64,000 nucleotides of DNA from a virus. The notes under the pieces were generated by a model. That model had not been told where the DNA came from. It was given only the letters and a program-made list of their open reading frames with translations, and did no database searches. Shown here piece after piece: positions 62,809-64,000 of the stretch. Made by a program: the position numbers and the translations under genes. Positions within the stretch are counted from its first letter, which is position 1. Every line of letters starts with the position of its first letter. Location: the IMG/VR virus record IMGVR_UViG_3300044475_000063, positions 1 to 64,000 of that record; one strand, given 5' to 3'.

Positions 62809-64000
62809 GTTTGACCTCAACAGGGCTTGAGCGACCACGCCTAGCCGAACTAAAGGCCGATCTGGATCAAAGCATTACTGATGTGCTTGGTCCGGTAAAT
62901 GTCGCGCCAGATGCAGTTCTAGGACAGATTGACGGCATCAATGCCGCTGCCTTAGATGATGTATGGGAAGCAGTTCAGGATAATTATGACAGTATGTATC
63001 CATCTAGCGCGGAAGGTGTTAGTTTGGACCGTGCTGTATCGTTCTTGGGCCTTGTGCGAATCCCTGCTGCACCTGTTGTAGTTACAGCAGCTATCTATGG
63101 CACAGAAGGGGCAGTAGTTCCTGTAAATGCGCTGGCACATGCTGACGTACAATATTTCAATACTTCTCAAGTCACGATTACTCAAGCAAGCGTGATTGAT
63201 ACTATTGTTGGTGTTGCAGCCGCATTTGATGCGGTTACTTACACGGTGACACTTAATGGTACGCCATACTCTTATTTGTCAGGCGCTGGCGCTACAAAAA
63301 CTTCTATTGCACTTGGCTTAAAAACTGCAATTGGCGCTGCATATATAGTTTCTGTAACTGACGATAAGCTGCGCATCAGCGCATTGGATGGCGAAACGCC
63401 ATTTCCTATTCTCATAACTGATAATCTGACGCTTGATAGCATCGGCTCTCCTGCTATCTTCGTTTCTGTAGTTAGTGGCGCTCGTGGTTTGCCTGTTGGT
63501 GCATTATCGAATGTAGATACTCCTGTATTCGGCTGGACTGGTATATATAACTTGCTTCCAGGCGCTGGCAGTCGAGATGTTGAGTCAGATATTGATTTGC
63601 GCCTACGTCATGCTACGGCATCTCGTGCTACTGGTTCAGCAACCGTTAAGGCAATTCGTGCGCGCTTGCTAGCAGAGGTTCCAGGGGTTACGGCTGTCTC
63701 TATCTATGAGAATCGTACCAGCAGTGTAGTTTCTTCGCGTCCACCTCATTCATTTGAAGCAGTTGTACAAGGTGGAGTAGACCAGCTTGTAGGAAACAAC
63801 ATTTGGGAAAATAAACCAGCAGGTATAGAAACTTATGGCAACGTGACAGTTAATGTCACTGATGATAATGGCGATCTGCAAGCTACTAAATTTTCGCGCC
63901 CAACCTCTAAATATCTATGGGTACGCGTGACTGTTACCGCACTTTATCCAGAAGAGGATTTGCCGTCAAATACTGAGCAAGCAATCATAGATGCTGTGTT
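62805..64000 (+). CDS. baseplate J-like protein (copy 2; 3' end beyond window)
   Basis: ATG at 62805 in an ATGA overlap. Open to the window end and collinear with 13870..15294. Not in the ORF track because it has no stop. Confidence 0.75.
   Translation, partial: MSLTSTGLERPRLAELKADLDQSITDVLGPVNVAPDAVLGQIDGINAAALDDVWEAVQDNYDSMYPSSAEGVSLDRAVSFLGLVRIPAAPVVVTAAIYGTEGAVVPVNALAHADVQYFNTSQVTITQASVIDTIVGVAAAFDAVTYTVTLNGTPYSYLSGAGATKTSIALGLKTAIGAAYIVSVTDDKLRISALDGETPFPILITDNLTLDSIGSPAIFVSVVSGARGLPVGALSNVDTPVFGWTGIYNLLPGAGSRDVESDIDLRLRHATASRATGSATVKAIRARLLAEVPGVTAVSIYENRTSSVVSSRPPHSFEAVVQGGVDQLVGNNIWENKPAGIETYGNVTVNVTDDNGDLQATKFSRPTSKYLWVRVTVTALYPEEDLPSNTEQAIIDAV

Overview
The whole window is tailed-phage DNA, about 50% GC, with no recognisable host genes. 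The virion genes are contractile-tail (myovirus) type and the lysis cassette is Gram-negative type with nested spanins. Layout: (i) 1-17.4 kb is virion module copy 1: scaffold C-terminus, capsid, neck, sheath, tube, chaperone with a -1 frameshift, tape measure, baseplate and fibres. (ii) 17.4-20.3 kb is the lysis cassette: membrane proteins/holin, a lambda-R-like transglycosylase, an HNH insert and nested spanins. (iii) 20.2-30.9 kb is a leftward early operon on the minus strand (RecT, YqaJ exonuclease, DUF1351-like, NinB-like, Lar-like fusion, many small ORFs), interrupted by a plus-strand solo TnpB (IS200/IS605 family). (iv) About 31.0 kb is a divergent control region. (v) 31.1-39.9 kb holds rightward early genes: nucleases, wHTH proteins, a Rha/KilAC antirepressor-like protein and replication-region proteins. 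(vi) 39.9-41.0 kb holds an HNH gene, tRNA-Gly(UCC) and a ~0.45-kb densely structured non-coding stretch. (vii) 41.1-46.9 kb holds terminase, portal and MuF-like head genes, with a minus-strand two-gene insert encoding a (Gly-X)n silk-like repeat protein. (viii) 46.9-49.3 kb is a nine-gene antisense accessory cassette. (ix) 49.4-64.0 kb is virion module copy 2. It is collinear with copy 1 at an offset of 50,010 bp, diverged by roughly 10% nt by eye, and carries cassette swaps. No integrase, partition gene or LexA-type repressor is seen in a full genome-length period. Family names are recalled from motifs read in the translations. No database search or folding program was run.
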